A stretch of DNA of 64,000 bases, taken from positions 2,268 through 66,267 of the forward strand of contig CANFLQ010000004.1 in NCBI GenBank assembly GCA_947447995.1, given 5' to 3'. The DNA is from Bacteroidota bacterium. Its GTDB lineage: Bacteria; Bacteroidota; Bacteroidia; 2-12-FULL-35-15. Below, one piece after another: positions 8,969 through 18,778 of the stretch (position 1 is its first letter; each line of letters starts with the position of its first letter). The notes below the pieces were generated by a model. It was given only the letters and a program-made list of their open reading frames with translations, was not told the origin of the DNA and searched no databases. Position numbers and translations under genes: made by a program.

Positions 8969-10294
8969 TTAATTTTTTGTAAATAATTTACTCTCATACG
9001 TATTGCCAACCAATACACGCATTAGGTATAAACCAGTATTCAAATGAGTAATGTTTATTGGTTCACTTATAACTCCCGAACGTTGACCTAAGTTTTTGTT
9101 TATAATGATGGTACCATACGAATCGAAAATGGAATAACTAAGGTCTGCATTGTTGCCACTCGTTATTAGTAAATTTATATTATCCTGCGCTGGATTTGGA
9201 TAAAGTTTAAATTCAACCGAATTGCTTATGTTAGGGCATACCAAACTAATATCACGGTTAGCGCATCTTCCAGGATAGCAGCATAACAATGGAATATTGT
9301 AATTTGCTTTAGAGTCATAGTTGCAAGCTAATGAATCCATACATCCCAATACTATAGTAGTTTTGCAGGATGCCATAATATCACAATCTCTGTCGGCCAT
9401 GTATTCCAAGTAGTTGGGATCGGGGCATCCGCATACTAGCTGAAAAGGGTATTTAAGAAATCGGCTTACTTTTTCGTTAGGTAATAAAACGCTATCGTTG
9501 GCAACATAAAAAATGCTCTTACCAAGTGAGTCGGCTATTTCTAAGTTGAGCTCAAATTTAATTGCACTTTTGGTTGTTAATTGTGCAATTAATATTTGAT
9601 TACTATCTTTATTTACCCCCATTACACCATTATTTGATAATCCTGCATTATAACTTATAAATGAATTGCTCTTTTTTACAGAGCCAAAAATGCTGGAATC
9701 AACACCAGTTATTCCATTTTTTATTCCATAATCAATCCAATTGGTTGGTACGTTTATCATTGGCTCTAAACCATCTGAGCTTGTTAAAGGGCTGCCGGCA
9801 GCGGCATTTGTATTGGTTAATAAACCCGTTGCGATGGCCGCACTTCCTCCGTCATTATTTATTCCTCCAACAATAGAGCCATTTGTATCTTGTGTTTTTA
9901 ATACCCCAAAATAAGTAGAACCCGCACTTTTATTTGTTTGCCCTAAAGTTATCCAGCTATCTAGGGCAACTGTATTTTCTTTCAAACGGTTGCTGCCAAG
10001 GTCTTTCCCAAAGGTTTGCCCTCTGTCGGTATTATTAAAAAATACAGAGTCGCTTGTAAATTTCAAAGCATGGTTAGCATCACCATATATTTTTTTAAGT
10101 AAATAACCCGGTTTTAAATCCACAAAAATTCTATAGGTGATTGAACCTGAATCAAGCTTTCCACCAATACTATTGGTAGCATCAATAGCGTTGGAAATAT
10201 AATATTTTTCTACAATTACTTTTTCTAATTGAGCATGAACAGCAATTGAAAAAAATAAAAAAGTAAAAATTAATAATATAGAAATACGTTTCAT
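8969..10294 (-). CDS. T9SS-sorted paralog with the shared N-domain plus a Cys-rich insert
   Basis: Signal peptide. N-domain VIVEKYYISNA..GSITYRIFVDLKPGY. Thirteen Cys within ~70 aa (CGCPDPNYLEYMADRDCD..ACNYDSKANY..CCYPGRC). C-terminal KLYPNPAQDNINLL..GLYLMRV T9SS type A CTD. Confidence 0.85.
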   Translation of the reverse strand: MKRISILLIFTFLFFSIAVHAQLEKVIVEKYYISNAIDATNSIGGKLDSGSITYRIFVDLKPGYLLKKIYGDANHALKFTSDSVFFNNTDRGQTFGKDLGSNRLKENTVALDSWITLGQTNKSAGSTYFGVLKTQDTNGSIVGGINNDGGSAAIATGLLTNTNAAAGSPLTSSDGLEPMINVPTNWIDYGIKNGITGVDSSIFGSVKKSNSFISYNAGLSNNGVMGVNKDSNQILIAQLTTKSAIKFELNLEIADSLGKSIFYVANDSVLLPNEKVSRFLKYPFQLVCGCPDPNYLEYMADRDCDIMASCKTTIVLGCMDSLACNYDSKANYNIPLLCCYPGRCANRDISLVCPNISNSVEFKLYPNPAQDNINLLITSGNNADLSYSIFDSYGTIIINKNLGQRSGVISEPINITHLNTGLYLMRVLVGNTYESKLFTKN

Positions 10295-10304
10295 GTAACT
10301 AATT

Positions 10305-13300
10305 TTAAAGTTTATAAGCTATACCCAATACAAAGTTGGTTCCGTATCTGTATGTATCATATAACACTCCCGATCCTTTGTACTCTCGTTTGATAGTCGC
10401 ATTTAATATATCGCGCACAGTTAAGTTCACACTAAAATGTTTGCCCAATGTTTTGGAAGTTTTAAAATCTATTAAATGTCTGGATAATTCATAAACATCA
10501 GGTATCGCTTTGTTATTGGACGATATAACCAATCTGGGACCTTGCACGTTGTAACTAAGTGCAATAGTTAAACCCGTTTTATCCGACGAATAGGTAAGTA
10601 TACCGTTGAGTATGTATGGAGCCTGCCCAAACATTGCTCTTGATATGGTGTCAACTGGTGTAAATTTTTTCATTCCGTCAGAGCCAATATCTATTGTTGA
10701 TCTAACAAACTTGCTTTGTGATTTTACAAATGTTACATTGGCTCTTACATCAAAATGTTTTGAAATTGTTTTTTTACCTTCCAACTCAAGTCCGGTAACA
10801 TACGATTTATCAACATTTTGCCAGGTATAGCCATTTGAATTTACTAATTCAATGTGATTTTTAAAATCTTTATAAAATAAACTTACGGATACATTATCTC
10901 CACTATTAAAGTAGGATTCGAACCGGAAATCATAATTTTTTATATGTACCGTTTTCAAATTCGAATTTCCAAAAACGGGAGCCCTTAATTCATTGTCAAA
11001 ACTTTGCAAGTCCGATAACTCTCGTATACTTGGTCGTGCAATTGTTTGGCTAAAGTTTAAACGCACATTTATTGTAGCAATAGTATCGCTTTTTAATTTA
11101 TAAATAGCATTCGCACTAGGTAAATAGTTTATCTCATTTAATTTTCCTGGATTAATCAATGGTGAACCGTCACGAACAAATCTACGTTTATCATTTGCCT
11201 CATATCCCAGTGCGTTGAACGAATAGACGTCGGTAAATATATTTCCATTTTCAACTCTTAATCCTCCCGAAAAACGCAATGCGGGGATTATTGAATAATC
11301 CAACATGGCATAAGCAGCAGCTATTTTACTGTACCCAAATGTATGATCGGCTACTGTTGAATTATTGCTGTAATACAGGTTTACGGAATTAATTGGCTTA
11401 CCATCTTTATCAACACCGTTTTGAATATTAAAATTACTTTGATCAAAGTATTGATCAAGATTATTATTTACGAGGGTGTTATTAGCGTATAATCCGGGGT
11501 TTACAAGGTATTGGTATTGGTCACTTTTTTTATTGTTTAATTGATACGCTCCACCAAATTTTAATTTGCGTATAAGGTCTGGGTTATCTGTATTTGATTG
11601 TATTGGCAATTCAGCAGATAATCTGGAATCAAACAAATTATCTGTTAAATACCTGTAATTTCTGTTAATACCTTCTCCAATAGTACGGTCTAACTGGTAA
11701 GTATTACTTTTAGGGTCATGCACATAAATTAAATTTCTGAAATCAGGAACGCTGCTTTTTCCATTTGTATAAGATGCGTTTGCTTCTATCTTAATTTTTG
11801 GTCCAGATATATAATGTTCCGATTTATATTGGTATACCAGCTGTTTGCGTTGCTCATATAATTGGCTTTTCCCAATCTTATTCTCAGAAGCATCTAACGT
11901 ATCTAATGAATTTCTAACAGTATTTACTCCCGTTAAATTAGGCATAAATAATAGTGAAACAGTATTGTTAGGAGTAAGTTTATAGGCTACATTTACCAAA
12001 GCACTCCAGCCATTATTTTCTCTGCTAATTTGCTGATTTAATGAGGATGTGGTTGTTCCTTTATCATCAATTCGGTTAACAGTTGATTTGGGATCGTACT
12101 GTATCGCACTGCTATATCTGAAACCTGCAATAAATCCAAGCGGTTTGCCAAATAATAGCATTTGATTACCAATATTAAAACTTTGTGTAAAATTTAGTGG
12201 GGCTTTACGTGTTGTAGTGTTCCAATTATTCGCAAATGATTTTCCGGTTGCAGGTACTCCCGCATTTATGGTATTAAATGCCTGCTGCTTATATGAACCA
12301 TTGTTATATAAATCTTGTGCATTTTTAAAGGCAACAGCATCATCCATTTGAGCTTTAGGAAGTAAGCCCAATTGTACCAGTCCTAACTTATAGTATGTAT
12401 TTGCTAATTGGCTGCCATCATCTATCCAGCCTGTTACACCAATTGATTTATAATAATCGCCTAATCCTAATGCTGATAATTGGGCATATTGGCTTGGGTT
12501 TGTATTGAAGTTCACAAAGTCGTTATGATTACGATCACGGAAATTATTATCATATCCAAGCCAGTCGGTAGTGCTACGTTGTGAACTCACAACATCTTTA
12601 AATGTTGTTTGATTGTTGTATCCAACCTGACTTTCAACATTTACAGTTAATTGATCGGGATAATCTTTTGTTTCAACAGATATATAAGCACCTGCCCAAT
12701 CGCCTGGTAAGTCGGGACTTGCTGTTTTTGTAATAATAACATTGTCTACCAAACTTGCAGGAAAAAGATCCAATTTAATGTTGTTAGTGAACGGATCCAA
12801 TGTTGGTATCCTTGATCCATTAATGGTTGTTTTTACATATCTATCGCCAATACCGCGCACAGTAATAAAACCACCATTGGTAGATACTCCCGAAACACGT
12901 GCAACAGCAGTAGTAACATTGGCATCGCCTCTGTTTTTCATTGCGTCGCCCGATACATATTCTATAGTTTTGGCTTCATTGATCTTTATATTTTCCATGT
13001 AATACTCCTTCCATTTTGATACTTTTGCAACTACTTCAACAGTGCCAAGTTCGTTTGATGCAGACTCTAAAACAAAATCTTTAACAATCACTTCCCCATT
13101 TTTTGGATGAACAATTGCTTCAATTGTTTTGTAACTGATATAAGATATGAGGAGTGTTTGTGCCGTGGAATCCTTTATTTTAATGGAATAATTACCATCC
13201 AAATCTGTAGCAACACCAATACCAGGATTTGATTTTAATATTACAGTAACACCAATCAATGTTTCACCACTTTTATCAGATATTTTGCCTCGGATGATTC

Positions 13301-13364
13301 CCTGAGCAATTGCGCTTGTTGCAGTAATTAAACTAATAAGGATTGCAAAAAATATTTTTTTCAT
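10305..13364 (-). CDS. TonB-dependent receptor with N-terminal CarboxypepD_reg domain
   Basis: GIIRGKISDKSGE.LIGVTV...TDLDGNYSI (CarboxypepD_reg), followed by plug motifs (VRGIGDRYVKTTINGSRIPTLDP..LDLFP) and a ~800-aa beta-barrel. No SusD-like gene follows. Confidence 0.9.
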   Translation of the reverse strand: MKKIFFAILISLITATSAIAQGIIRGKISDKSGETLIGVTVILKSNPGIGVATDLDGNYSIKIKDSTAQTLLISYISYKTIEAIVHPKNGEVIVKDFVLESASNELGTVEVVAKVSKWKEYYMENIKINEAKTIEYVSGDAMKNRGDANVTTAVARVSGVSTNGGFITVRGIGDRYVKTTINGSRIPTLDPFTNNIKLDLFPASLVDNVIITKTASPDLPGDWAGAYISVETKDYPDQLTVNVESQVGYNNQTTFKDVVSSQRSTTDWLGYDNNFRDRNHNDFVNFNTNPSQYAQLSALGLGDYYKSIGVTGWIDDGSQLANTYYKLGLVQLGLLPKAQMDDAVAFKNAQDLYNNGSYKQQAFNTINAGVPATGKSFANNWNTTTRKAPLNFTQSFNIGNQMLLFGKPLGFIAGFRYSSAIQYDPKSTVNRIDDKGTTTSSLNQQISRENNGWSALVNVAYKLTPNNTVSLLFMPNLTGVNTVRNSLDTLDASENKIGKSQLYEQRKQLVYQYKSEHYISGPKIKIEANASYTNGKSSVPDFRNLIYVHDPKSNTYQLDRTIGEGINRNYRYLTDNLFDSRLSAELPIQSNTDNPDLIRKLKFGGAYQLNNKKSDQYQYLVNPGLYANNTLVNNNLDQYFDQSNFNIQNGVDKDGKPINSVNLYYSNNSTVADHTFGYSKIAAAYAMLDYSIIPALRFSGGLRVENGNIFTDVYSFNALGYEANDKRRFVRDGSPLINPGKLNEINYLPSANAIYKLKSDTIATINVRLNFSQTIARPSIRELSDLQSFDNELRAPVFGNSNLKTVHIKNYDFRFESYFNSGDNVSVSLFYKDFKNHIELVNSNGYTWQNVDKSYVTGLELEGKKTISKHFDVRANVTFVKSQSKFVRSTIDIGSDGMKKFTPVDTISRAMFGQAPYILNGILTYSSDKTGLTIALSYNVQGPRLVISSNNKAIPDVYELSRHLIDFKTSKTLGKHFSVNLTVRDILNATIKREYKGSGVLYDTYRYGTNFVLGIAYKL

Positions 13365-13432
13365 TCGGATAAAACCAACAACTAGGTATAAATTTTTTGA
13401 GAAAAGGTTCTGTATTTATCTATTTTTATTAT

Positions 13433-14203
13433 TTATTTTTTTGAATTAAGGGCATCAAATTTTATCTCGGCCCCTTCAGCATCTTTAGCAACGTATTGCA
13501 TGGATGCACCTGTTGGTGTTCCAATTTGCAAATTTAATTCGTAGGATAGTTTTCCGTTTGTAGTTAATTGTGCAATCAAAATTTTATTATCAGCTGTTGC
13601 ACCTTTAACACCACCAAAAACTGCCCACGATACATTTGTACTTTTAAATGACGAAGCCTTTGTTGAATCTTGAAAAAATTTGAGATCATCGCCAAAATAA
13701 CTAACAGCGCGCACCTTTTCAGATGCAATAAGTCCGTCCGCTTTGGATAAAAATGATTTTGTAATTATTGATCCGTCTTTATCGTCCGTTTTAGGAATTC
13801 CTAAATGCGCTTTTGTTGCTGCACCAATGGTAAGCCAGGAATCTAAGGCCAGTAAATTTTGATTAATTAGCTCATTATCTATTCTATCTCCTGTTCTTTC
13901 TCCACTACGTTTAGCATTAAAAAATTCAGTAGTAGTTTCTATTTTAAGTTCATGTTTAGCTATTCCAAAAACGGCTTGCATAGTATAACCTGGTTTTAGG
14001 TCAACAAATATTCTATAAGTAACAGATCCCTTTGGAAGATAATTGTCAAGTGTATCCTTATAGTCCTTTAACTCTGAACCATTATACGTTTCCACAATTA
14101 TTCCTTCCAAAGCCAATCTGTCTGCGTCTGTTGGTGTTTTTTTCAATTGTGCCTTAGAGGCAAAGCAACTGAACATAAGCACACTAAAAATGAGTTGTTT
14201 CAT
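13433..14203 (-). CDS. secreted paralog consisting only of the shared ~240-aa domain
   Basis: Signal peptide, then GIIVETY..GSVTYRIFVDLKPGYTMQAVFG..LDSWLTIGAA..ILIAQLTTNGKLSYELNLQIG. No Ig repeat and no T9SS CTD. Confidence 0.8.
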   Translation of the reverse strand: MKQLIFSVLMFSCFASKAQLKKTPTDADRLALEGIIVETYNGSELKDYKDTLDNYLPKGSVTYRIFVDLKPGYTMQAVFGIAKHELKIETTTEFFNAKRSGERTGDRIDNELINQNLLALDSWLTIGAATKAHLGIPKTDDKDGSIITKSFLSKADGLIASEKVRAVSYFGDDLKFFQDSTKASSFKSTNVSWAVFGGVKGATADNKILIAQLTTNGKLSYELNLQIGTPTGASMQYVAKDAEGAEIKFDALNSKK

Positions 14204-14238
14204 ATTTTTATGTAATCGAGTTATTAGTTAGATAATAA

Positions 14239-15603
14239 CTAATTGATGATTAATTTTTTTGCTGAAGAAACACCATCTAATGTTATTACAATAAAATACT
14301 GACCAGCTGTGTAACTAGATACATTTATTTTTTCAAAGTAAGTACCAGTTATGCTTCCTAATTTTTTAGTTGCAATTATGCTACCAGTTACATTATATAT
14401 TGCATAAGTTGCAACACTTTGTTTTGATGTATTTATTTCGATACTAACAAAATCGCTTGTTGGATTTGGATATAATGATATAGCAGAAGCAAATGTTGCA
14501 AAATCCGCTATCGCTGTTATGCGTGAAACGATAATAGAAACAGCCGATGATGTTGTATGAGCACCTTTGTTATCCGAAGCAATTGTAGTTAATGTATGAG
14601 TTCCAGCAGTACTTACAACTGTAAATGTATAAGGCGAAGTAATATCTTTACCAATTTTTACCCCATCAACAAAAAACGCTACTGAATCAATTGTGCCATC
14701 GGTATCAGCCGCTGTTGCGGCAATAGCAACCGTAGCATCTGTATTGGATGTTGTATAGGTTGTAGCTGTTGCAGGTGTTGTTATACTAACTGTTGGCGCA
14801 ACATTTGGAGTTACACTATTTGTTGTACTGGTATAAACAAGTGATGGGATTGTTAACTCATCTCCAACAGGCGATGATGAAACGTATTGTTTAACAATTT
14901 TACCAACTGCCATTTGAAGGTTCAATTCAAAATGAAAAACCCCATCGGTGGTAAACTGTCCAATTAATATTCTGTTAGTTGATGTTGGTCCCTTTACGCC
15001 ACCAGCTAATGCAATAGCGTGGTTGTTTAAAGAAATTGAACTTCCTACTTGACTCTTGTCTCCAAAAAGGTCTAGCTCCGAACTAATACCTGCAAGTGTT
15101 ATTGTTCCGTTTGTGCCAGCAACCATACCATCTTGCGTTTTAATGGGAATACCTATTGATGCAGGAGTATTATTTAATATGGTATTTGCAGTAATAAAAT
15201 TGGTAACACTATTGTCCTCCGATTTTAAAACACCCATTTGTCCTAAAGCTGCGCCACCCATTGAAATCCATGAATCCAATGCGTTTGAACCATCTTTCAA
15301 ACTGATAGTTTTAATTCCGTTTGGTATTATCGCACCTCTATCTTCTGAATTGAAAAAAGTAGTACTTGTACTTATTTTTAGCGAGTGGTTAACATCACCA
15401 TATACTGCTTGTAAATTGTAGGCTGTATCTAAATCGGCATAAACTCTGTAAGTTACCGATCCAATTGCTAATCTACCAACGCTACCTGCTGTATCAGCTG
15501 CATTGGCAACATAATATTTTTCTACTATAATGCTGTCTAAACCTTGTGCGTATGTAAATGCGCTAAGAAAACCCAAACTTAAACTTAAGATAATTTTTTT
15601 CAT
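14239..15603 (-). CDS. T9SS-sorted paralog: shared N-domain, one Big_7-like Ig domain, type A CTD
   Basis: Very similar to the N-terminus of the 1136-aa protein (long identical runs such as GQFTTDGVFHFELNLQMA). It carries one AATAADTDGTIDSVAFFVDG repeat. C-terminal LYPNPTSDFVSIE..GQYFIVI. Confidence 0.85.
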   Translation of the reverse strand: MKKIILSLSLGFLSAFTYAQGLDSIIVEKYYVANAADTAGSVGRLAIGSVTYRVYADLDTAYNLQAVYGDVNHSLKISTSTTFFNSEDRGAIIPNGIKTISLKDGSNALDSWISMGGAALGQMGVLKSEDNSVTNFITANTILNNTPASIGIPIKTQDGMVAGTNGTITLAGISSELDLFGDKSQVGSSISLNNHAIALAGGVKGPTSTNRILIGQFTTDGVFHFELNLQMAVGKIVKQYVSSSPVGDELTIPSLVYTSTTNSVTPNVAPTVSITTPATATTYTTSNTDATVAIAATAADTDGTIDSVAFFVDGVKIGKDITSPYTFTVVSTAGTHTLTTIASDNKGAHTTSSAVSIIVSRITAIADFATFASAISLYPNPTSDFVSIEINTSKQSVATYAIYNVTGSIIATKKLGSITGTYFEKINVSSYTAGQYFIVITLDGVSSAKKLIIN

Positions 15604-16017
15604 GATATTGGTTGTTAAATGTATTGTTATGTAATTTTTTTATTGTTTAATTTGATGATACAAATCTCTGAATAGAATTTTGAGTTGTGTTAAATTAAGC
15701 ATCATGATTTAGTTAAATCAAGGTTAATAATTACATCAAAAGATGAATTAAAAATTTAACATTGGTGTTTAAATGATGATAAAAGAAGAGGTAATTTTAT
15801 TTTGGATATTTTATTAATCCCAATGTAGAATGGGTATTTGAGGCAATAAGAGCGAATTTAAAATTTGCTCTTAACTTTTAAGTAACATTAATTATTTTAG
15901 AGAGGATCTGCTGATTATGGAAGAAATAGTAACAAAAAATATTTTACAATATCTGCTCGTTAGTTTAAAACGACGTATTATGTGCAAGAATTTTCTTTCT
16001 AAAAAGCTACTTGTTTG

Positions 16018-16087
16018 CGTCATTGCGAGGAACGAAGCAATCCAATAGAATACTTTACTTGAGATTGCTTCCTTCCTCGCAATGACG
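16018..16087. repeat. palindromic intergenic element (25-nt arms, 20-nt loop)
   Basis: CGTCATTGCGAGGAACGAAGCAATC ... GATTGCTTCCTTCCTCGCAATGACG, with one mismatch between arms. The sequence type (cattgcgagg..gaagcaatc) is a dispersed palindrome I recognise from Bacteroidota genomes. Confidence 0.7.
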
Positions 16088-16165
16088 TTCGCAGTTTAAT
16101 ATTGCTACGAAATAATTTCATCATTTATATAAGTGAAACCAATAAATTATGCTATTCTTTTTGCA

Positions 16166-16528
16166 TTACAAAGCATTGTAATTTTTTTCACTGGTAAGTT
16201 TACCATTTTCATCCCACATAGACCAAGTTTCAACTTTTGCACTCATCTCATAGTGCATCTCGTAACGTTTGGTTCCTTGAGCATCCCAAACTAACCAGGT
16301 ACCATTTTTTTTCCCGCTTACATAATAAGCCTCTGCTATTTTATGCCCAGCTTCATCCCAACGTAACCACTGTCCGGTTTTATCATTGTTTATAAATGCA
16401 CCTGTTTCCATTACCTTTCCGTTTTCATAATAATAGGTAACAGCACCATCTTTTATTGTAGCATTTTGTGCCGAAACGGTTAAGGCTGAAGAAATGCTTA
16501 TTGCGAGTACAAAAAATATTTTTTTCAT
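16166..16528 (-). CDS. MORN-variant repeat protein (YwqK-like), secreted
   Basis: Signal peptide. Repeated G.W..W...G......Y..G...G.W units (KTGQWLRWDEAG, KNGTWLVWDAQG, ETWSMWDENG). Confidence 0.7.
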   Translation of the reverse strand: MKKIFFVLAISISSALTVSAQNATIKDGAVTYYYENGKVMETGAFINNDKTGQWLRWDEAGHKIAEAYYVSGKKNGTWLVWDAQGTKRYEMHYEMSAKVETWSMWDENGKLTSEKNYNAL

Positions 16529-16650
16529 GGCGTTATGTTTTTTGATTCTTTAACGTAAAGTGAATCAAAAAGTTTTGAAAATCATATCACAATGCAATAA
16601 ATATTTCGCAATGTTAATTTAATGTAAAGTAATGGTGAGGTGTGTGGTAA

Positions 16651-16971
16651 TTATTCCGAAGCCAACTCTATAACAAGGCTGTTATAGGAATACGTATCAA
16701 CGGTAATTTTTGTATCGTTGTAGGAAATATATTTTACAACAAGTTCGGGTTTGTTGGTGTTAATGTTTGCAGAAAAATTACCATTCAAATCGGTATAAAT
16801 AATTTTATCTCCCAATTTAATTTCAGCGCCTGCAATTTCTTCGCCGCTTACTTTATCAATTACTTTTCCTGAAATTAAATGTGTTTTGTTTTTTTCATTA
16901 TCAGTATGATTACCCGAAAAGGCAATTAGTGCTATAATAAATAATGCAAAAGTTAAAAAGTATTTTTTCAT
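16651..16971 (-). CDS. small secreted CarboxypepD_reg-like domain protein
   Basis: ISGKVIDKVSGEEIAGAEIKLGDKIIYTDLNGNFS matches the carboxypeptidase-regulatory-like fold signature. N-terminal signal or anchor. Confidence 0.6.
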   Translation of the reverse strand: MKKYFLTFALFIIALIAFSGNHTDNEKNKTHLISGKVIDKVSGEEIAGAEIKLGDKIIYTDLNGNFSANINTNKPELVVKYISYNDTKITVDTYSYNSLVIELASE

Positions 16972-17189
16972 TTTGTTGATTAATAATCTGATACAAAATT
17001 AACCTTCGTTATCAAGAATAAAGGAATCAAAAATTTAAGCAATTATGAAGATTGTGTTACCAATGTAAATTTTACGTTACGTTTATTGTTATTGCTGTTA
17101 AATGATGTAATTTCCTAAAGTAAAGTTAAACTTAACTTAATGTAACATTTCTTGTATAAGAATACCTTTACCAACTTAAAAAAGGGATA

Positions 17190-17873
17190 ATGGTAATTGC
17201 CGAGTTAACAATTTTGCTTATTGATACAAATGTTGAAATGCTTGCTAATATTGAAGCTGCATTAAAAGCAGAAGGGTTTAAGGTTTTTGTATCTATCAAC
17301 TCAAATGAAGCAATTCAATTAGTAAAACAAGAGCACCCCAATCTTATACTTGTTGATTTGTTGATGCCCGAACTGGATGGTATTGATATTTGTTTGGAAT
17401 TAAGGCAAGATGAAAAGCTAAAAAATACCTTAATTGTTTTTCATACCGAAACCTGCGAAGATTATTCTCAAATAGCTGCATTTAATGCCGGTGCCGACGA
17501 TTACATTATAAAACCTGTAAAAACAAGGGTGCTAATAAGCCGTTTAAAAGCGTTGTTAAAGCGTTATATAGTTTATAACCAACCATCCGAAAAAAAGGAA
17601 GTTGCAGGGCTAACTATTGATCGTGAACGTTATATGATATTTAAAGATGGGGAAGAAATAATATTGCCCCGCAAGGAATTTGAATTGCTTTCTTTACTTT
17701 CCACTTCTCCTCGCAAGGTTTTTACCCGTAAGGAGATTTCTCAGCTTATTTGGGGTTATGAAATTTTTGCACGCAACAGAACCATTGATGTTCACATCCG
17801 TAAACTTCGCGAAAAGCTAGGCAATAAATACATTAAAACAATTAAAGGGATAGGGTATAGTTTGGAAGTATAG
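17190..17873 (+). CDS. OmpR/PhoB-family response regulator, orphan paralog with an altered acidic pocket
   Basis: Receiver domain plus winged-helix domain (RTIDVHIRKLREKLG..IKTIKGIGY). Beta1 reads LLIDTN instead of the usual DD(E); the phospho-acceptor context LILVDLLMP is retained. Same length (227 aa) as the RR at 21993, with closely matching C-terminal motifs. Confidence 0.85.
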   Translation: MVIAELTILLIDTNVEMLANIEAALKAEGFKVFVSINSNEAIQLVKQEHPNLILVDLLMPELDGIDICLELRQDEKLKNTLIVFHTETCEDYSQIAAFNAGADDYIIKPVKTRVLISRLKALLKRYIVYNQPSEKKEVAGLTIDRERYMIFKDGEEIILPRKEFELLSLLSTSPRKVFTRKEISQLIWGYEIFARNRTIDVHIRKLREKLGNKYIKTIKGIGYSLEV

Positions 17874-17890
17874 CTCTCTTTATAAGCTTA

Positions 17891-18772
17891 CTACTGGCCT
17901 TTATATTTTTCGTACAATTGATGTACAATCCCATCGGATAAGCCTATTTGAGGAACAATCATTTTTTCTATCCGAGCATGTTTTAATACACTCAATAAAA
18001 TTTTTGAAGCAGGAACAATTACATCTGCACGGTCGGGATTAAGTCCCATAACGGACATACGTTCTTCATAAGTGTGGGATTCTAGCGTATCGTATATTGC
18101 TTTTAATTTGGAAGTGCTTAGGTATTTATCGGGCTTTCGCCCCGACATTTTAAATAATTTATTAATGTTACCTCCAGAACCTATTGCTATCAAAGGTTTG
18201 TAACCATCAGTAATTTCTTTGATCCAATTTTTAAAATAATTCCAGTATTCTTTATCAATTTTGTTGTGCAACATGCGTATGGTACCAATATTGAACGATT
18301 GGGAAGCAATAGCTTTGTTTTTAGAGAATAGTGTTATTTCGGTGCTTCCTCCGCCAATATCAATATACAGGTAGGAGTTGTTAATGTCCAAATGCTCTTC
18401 AATGTGATTGGAATAAATAATATCGGCTTCGGTTTTTCCATCAATAATTTCAATTTTTATTCCTGCTTCCTTGCGTACACGTTCAATAATATCTTTGCCG
18501 TTTGTTGCATCACGCATTGCGGAAGTAGCGCAGGCACGGTAATCAATGGCATCGTAAACATCTATCAAATGTTTAAAAGCTTTCATGGAAGTAACTAATT
18601 TTTCTATTTTTTCGGGAGATATTTTTCCGTTCAAAAAGGAGTCTTCGCCTAAGCGTAATGGAACTCTAACTAATTCCGCTTTTTTAAAAGAAGTAATACC
18701 ATTGCTAGTGTGCACATGGGAAAGCAGCAATCGTACTGCGTTTGAACCTATATCAATTGCTGCAAACTTCAA
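17891..18772 (-). CDS. ppx: exopolyphosphatase (Ppx/GppA family)
   Basis: N-terminal AAIDIGSNAVRLLL and DIGGGSTE actin-like ATPase motifs typical of Ppx/GppA. It lies immediately downstream of ppk1. Confidence 0.85.
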   Translation of the reverse strand: MKFAAIDIGSNAVRLLLSHVHTSNGITSFKKAELVRVPLRLGEDSFLNGKISPEKIEKLVTSMKAFKHLIDVYDAIDYRACATSAMRDATNGKDIIERVRKEAGIKIEIIDGKTEADIIYSNHIEEHLDINNSYLYIDIGGGSTEITLFSKNKAIASQSFNIGTIRMLHNKIDKEYWNYFKNWIKEITDGYKPLIAIGSGGNINKLFKMSGRKPDKYLSTSKLKAIYDTLESHTYEERMSVMGLNPDRADVIVPASKILLSVLKHARIEKMIVPQIGLSDGIVHQLYEKYKGQ

Positions 18773-18778
18773 TCGGTG

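Noticed and set aside
15919-16050. 43-aa ORF (MEEIVTKN...VIARNEAIQ) in the long leader region
   Set aside because: Its C-terminus is the translated arm of the palindromic repeat at 16018-16087, so it is almost certainly not a gene.
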